A DNA stretch of 33,764 bases, taken from an uncultured Pirellulales bacterium (GTDB lineage: Bacteria; Planctomycetota; Phycisphaerae; Sedimentisphaerales; Anaerobacaceae). Of this stretch, positions 30,390 through 33,764 are shown piece after piece (position 1 is the stretch's first letter; each line of letters opens with the position of its first letter). The position numbers and the translations under genes were made by a program. The DNA lies in the NCBI GenBank assembly GCA_964537355.1, contig CAZIAN010000001.1, forward strand, positions 9,874-43,637, in the 5' to 3' direction. The notes under the pieces were generated by a model. The model was not told the DNA's origin and ran no database searches. It saw only the letters and a program-made list of their open reading frames with translations.

Positions 30390-31793
30390 TTATTGCACCT
30401 CACTAATTATTTCATTCGCTTTAAGCAGTATTGCTTCGGTATATTTAAAATTGTGAACACCCCAACTGCCGTCAGCTTCTACCGAATCAATAAGTTCTTT
30501 TGCCTGTGTTATCTTCTCTGTTGATTCTTTGGCTTTCTTTTCATTAGTCTCGTAATCTAAGCTTTTAAGTACTTTTTCCAGCCTGTTGTTGACTTGTTCG
30601 TGTAATTTTTTGATACTCCCCTGCCAAAATGAAATATATTGATTGCCGGTTCCAGGTTCATGGCATTTATCACAGGCTCGAGGTACTGCTTTGGCGACTT
30701 TTCCAAAGCTGTCTAATGCTCCAGGTTTTTTTTGGGCCTTTTCGATGTGACATCCGGTACATTCCACGTGCGTAAGAAACATGGGGCTGAGAACTCGATC
30801 TGTCTGCGTGTCTTGCATTGGATGTTGGGTTGCGTAAATGGTGCGCTGGACCTGGTGGGTGTCGCTGTGACAGCTCTGGCAATCCAGCATGTCTGAAATC
30901 GATGTTACCTCTTTCTTACCGTGTAATATTTTTCCATGGCATTCAAAGCACTCAACTTTATGGCCATTAGTATGGGCTTTATGCAGTTCTACACTGTCAT
31001 ATTGATGTTCTTTAGCCTCAGTTGCCAGCTTGTCGGCCAAAAGAATCTTCTCGGCATCGGTGTAGTTATGACAGTTCAAGCATACACTGTCATCTATTTT
31101 GCTCGTCTTCTGTATTTCCTTCTTGTGGCAGGAATCTTCACAGCTTGCATTATAAGAAACAAACTCAGAATGGTTAATTGAAACTAGTCCTCTCTGAATA
31201 ACTTTATTTGGCACTTCATGGCAGCTCTTACAACTTGTCTGGACAAGCTGCTCGCCGGCCTCGGTGTTCCTGAGGAAATGGCATGTGAAACATGCGTCAT
31301 TGTTGACGCTGAAATGCTCGTTACCCTCAAAGTGGCTGTGACAAGTACCACAGGTGATATTTATTCCATCGACCTCTTTTTTCATATGATTCTTATGAGT
31401 GAATTTAACACCGTTGAAGTCGATGTCCTTTGTCAGCAGCTCTTCCGTGCTGTGACATTCCGACCTCAGACAGGATTCGTCTAAAATGGTGGCGCTTGGT
31501 TTCGTACCCACCCTGCCGACAATGCAATCGATCGCTTGTGACAGGCCGTTTATCTTGCCCTTGACGTGACCCATCAATCCGGGCTGGAGATGACACTCAA
31601 GACAATTCACTTCGCTGTGGGTCGACGTCTTCCAGTTGTCATAATAGTTATTCATTATATGACAGGAATTGCAAAATCCCGGCTGCTCGGATACAACGAT
31701 GGCACCTGAGGCAGCAACCATAACTACCGCAGCTAATAATAATATTTTCACTTTCCAGTTTAGCTGTTTAATTTTGCTTATTAATGACTTCAT
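30390..31793 (-). CDS. Membrane-anchored NapC/NirT/NrfH-type multiheme cytochrome c with a C-terminal extension (10 CXXCH + CX4CH + CX3CH); putative quinol dehydrogenase
   Basis: N-terminal TM helix followed by FCNSCHIMNNYYDNWKTSTHSEVNCLECH, the NapC/NrfH signature spacing. 10 CXXCH motifs counted. In addition CLRSECH (31452..31472) and CEDSCH (31125..31142). Confidence 0.85.
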   Translation of the reverse strand: MKSLISKIKQLNWKVKILLLAAVVMVAASGAIVVSEQPGFCNSCHIMNNYYDNWKTSTHSEVNCLECHLQPGLMGHVKGKINGLSQAIDCIVGRVGTKPSATILDESCLRSECHSTEELLTKDIDFNGVKFTHKNHMKKEVDGINITCGTCHSHFEGNEHFSVNNDACFTCHFLRNTEAGEQLVQTSCKSCHEVPNKVIQRGLVSINHSEFVSYNASCEDSCHKKEIQKTSKIDDSVCLNCHNYTDAEKILLADKLATEAKEHQYDSVELHKAHTNGHKVECFECHGKILHGKKEVTSISDMLDCQSCHSDTHQVQRTIYATQHPMQDTQTDRVLSPMFLTHVECTGCHIEKAQKKPGALDSFGKVAKAVPRACDKCHEPGTGNQYISFWQGSIKKLHEQVNNRLEKVLKSLDYETNEKKAKESTEKITQAKELIDSVEADGSWGVHNFKYTEAILLKANEIISEVQ

Positions 31794-31855
31794 TCTTAAG
31801 TATTTCGCCTTAATCTTTGTTGTTCATAAAAAGTTTTTGAGCAAATCGGTCTTTT

Positions 31856-33205
31856 TTACGTAGCTTGGGATTGCCAAGGACCTTTCGGTAATGTAATCCA
31901 AAACTTGGTTCCGGTATCCTCTATACTGTCAATCCATATTTTCCCGCCGTGTCTTTCCACTATATATTTTGCTATCGATAGCCCCAGGCCGGTACCGTCT
32001 TTTTGAAATTTTCGGGCGTTACTTGCTCTGAAAAACTCGTCAAATACATCGTCAAGCTCATCTGCAGGTATCCCGATTCCTGTATCTGCGATTTCGATGA
32101 CTACACAATCCTTTCCGTTTTTTGCACCTATTGTGACCGTACCTTTTTCCGGTGTATATCTTATTGCATTAAGCAGTAAGTTTGTGAACACTTCTTCGAT
32201 GGAAAATTGGTTGCCGGAGATTGTATCTACTGACGAATCAACGTTACAATTTAGTGTTATCGATTTATCTTCAGCCTTTGTTCTGACAGCCGCAACTGCG
32301 TTATGTACGGTATCTCTCAAGGGGAAAACATCTATTTCCAGTTTGTCGCTCAGTCGCATTTGTGTCAGCTTCAACAGTGTCTTCACAAAGTGGGTAAGTT
32401 TGATGGTTCGCATGTGTGCACGGCCGATAAACTCCGCCGGCTTATCGTCAAGTGGCCCGACAACTTTATTTACTACCATACCCAGGCAACTCTGTATAGT
32501 TGCCAGATGCGATTTGATATCATGAGTGACACGTAGAACGTATTCGTCCTTTATTTGGTCTTTTTTCTGGAGTAATGTGTTTGCCTGTATGTAGGCTCGC
32601 TCGGTCCGCTTGAGTCTCATGGAAATGTAGCTGGCCATATATACGGCTAAATATAGCGCAGTTGCGAAAACAAAAAAAGTGCCGAGAATGTAAAGTTTGT
32701 TTCTATGCAAACAATTTGGTGCGAATCCTTTCAGGCAATAGTGTGGTATAAGCTGTAGATATTCGAGCAGGACAAGCAGGCCGAAGACTAAAACGGCAAA
32801 CGTAGCCTGGAGATAGCTGTCCCATAAAGAAAGTAAGATGCTTGCTATGATCATATGAAATATAAAGTAAAAAACAAATGGGTTTTCGATCCCGCCTGAA
32901 AAATGCAGCAGGACGGTTAGAATAAGCAGATCAGCGGATATCTGAACGTTAATTATTTTCTTTACTGCTACATGCGGTATTTCATTTCCTTTTTTTTCAA
33001 AATGGTTTAATAGCAGCAACACTGTCAGATTGTACATAACAAGAAGTATTGCGATACTGTAGAGAGCGGCATCATGTAGTTCTATATCCAAAAGGTTACT
33101 GGAAACATAGGTTGCCGCGCAGACAAATACAATAGCTATCCACCTTAGCCTGATCAACCAGTAAGCTCTCTGGAGAAGTCTGATATTTTCAGATACCGGT
33201 TCCAT
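31856..33205 (-). CDS. Sensor histidine kinase with a polytopic membrane-embedded N-terminal sensor region
   Basis: About 6 hydrophobic helices with short loops. H-box VTHDIKSHLATI. HATPase motifs LLLNAIRYT, DTGIGIP and GTGLGLSIAKYIVERHGGKIW. The start is taken at ATG 33205 (ORF maximum 33253), overlapping the REC gene end by 17 nt. Confidence 0.85.
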   Translation of the reverse strand: MEPVSENIRLLQRAYWLIRLRWIAIVFVCAATYVSSNLLDIELHDAALYSIAILLVMYNLTVLLLLNHFEKKGNEIPHVAVKKIINVQISADLLILTVLLHFSGGIENPFVFYFIFHMIIASILLSLWDSYLQATFAVLVFGLLVLLEYLQLIPHYCLKGFAPNCLHRNKLYILGTFFVFATALYLAVYMASYISMRLKRTERAYIQANTLLQKKDQIKDEYVLRVTHDIKSHLATIQSCLGMVVNKVVGPLDDKPAEFIGRAHMRTIKLTHFVKTLLKLTQMRLSDKLEIDVFPLRDTVHNAVAAVRTKAEDKSITLNCNVDSSVDTISGNQFSIEEVFTNLLLNAIRYTPEKGTVTIGAKNGKDCVVIEIADTGIGIPADELDDVFDEFFRASNARKFQKDGTGLGLSIAKYIVERHGGKIWIDSIEDTGTKFWITLPKGPWQSQAT

Positions 33206-33605
33206 TTTCAACCTTGTTTGACAGAAGTTTTTTGACCTCGGACAGCAGAACATCAGGTTCTACCGGCTTGTCCAGGAACACATCAACCGGCAGCCAGGTT
33301 GGATCTCCGGCGGTGGATTTGAAACTTATGCCGGTTCTGTTTTCAACTGCTGTCAGCATCAGGACAGGCATATTTTTGAGCTGGGGGTCTTTCTTCAATT
33401 GTCTGGACATTTCAAAGCCATCCTGCCAGGCATGCATCATAACATCCAGTATGGCTAAATCCGGTTTTTCAGCTCTGATTTTTTCCATACCTTCTATTTT
33501 GTCGCCGGCCGTGACCACGGTATATTGCTCACTCTCCAAAATAGCCCTGATTACCTTGATATAATCCGGGTCATCATCCACAATCATAATCTTTGCATTT
33601 GCCAT
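33189..33605 (-). CDS. Single-domain response regulator (REC)
   Basis: KIMIVDDDPD, phospho-acceptor context LAILDVMM, LTA and DKP. 138 aa with no output domain. Confidence 0.85.
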   Translation of the reverse strand: MANAKIMIVDDDPDYIKVIRAILESEQYTVVTAGDKIEGMEKIRAEKPDLAILDVMMHAWQDGFEMSRQLKKDPQLKNMPVLMLTAVENRTGISFKSTAGDPTWLPVDVFLDKPVEPDVLLSEVKKLLSNKVENGTGI

Positions 33606-33764
33606 AATTAATCTCGCAAAAAAAAAACGCCTTGGGATTATTGTAGCCTTTCTTGTTACTTCCTATGCTTTTATAAATCTTTTTCAGGTTTATTTGCCTT
33701 CGGTTTCAAATTATCATTAAAATTCGTCATAGAAGATATCGTCCGGGCTAATGCCTTTTTCCTT

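Noticed and set aside
33717-33764. Possible 3' end of a minus-strand gene running off the window (…KEKGISPDDIFYDEF, stop at 33717..33719).
   Set aside because: Only 15 codons are visible, so neither coding status nor function can be supported.

Overview
This is a 33.8-kb bacterial window with no rRNA, tRNA, CRISPR, transposase or integrase genes. It splits into two halves that look compositionally different by eye (not computed).

Left half (1-14.8 kb, GC-richer): a glycan-utilisation neighbourhood.
- A ~990-aa secreted protein with a discoidin-like domain.
- A BNR/Asp-box lipoprotein.
- Two paralogous Gfo/Idh/MocA oxidoreductases with signal peptides, plus a Tat-exported xylose-isomerase-like TIM-barrel protein.
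- A lipoprotein GH2 LacZ-type beta-galactosidase.
- A two-lipoprotein cassette (a Cys-His-Asp hydrolase-like protein and a partner). It is bracketed by a diverged ~65-bp direct repeat that reads as a sigma70-type promoter on the minus strand.

Right half (15-33.7 kb, AT-richer, every gene on the minus strand): a signalling and respiratory block.
- A REC protein and a membrane-embedded histidine kinase.
- A NapC/NirT-type membrane-anchored cytochrome with 10 CXXCH plus 2 non-canonical motifs.
- A cysteine-free unknown exported protein.
- A cytochrome with 13 CXXCH plus 2 non-canonical motifs.
- A Cys-less thioredoxin-fold/TPR protein.
- A variant System I cytochrome c maturation operon: ccmE, ccmF, a 32-aa ORF, a 326-aa unknown gene, ccmA, ccmB, ccmC, ccmD. 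Its CcmE has CxxxY instead of HxxxY, its CcmC has a divergent WWD motif, and no ccmH or ccmG is present.
- An output-less sensor, a Cache hybrid histidine kinase and a single-domain REC.

The protein styles (Tat-signal GFO oxidoreductases, giant lectin-like secreted proteins, many lipoproteins) suggest a PVC-group anaerobe, Planctomycetota/Phycisphaerae-like or Kiritimatiellota-like. That is inference only.

The most promising candidate for an undescribed system is the co-directional multiheme-cytochrome and variant-ccm supercluster with its three uncharacterised embedded genes (391 aa, 326 aa, 32 aa). The repeat-flanked lipoprotein pair comes second.
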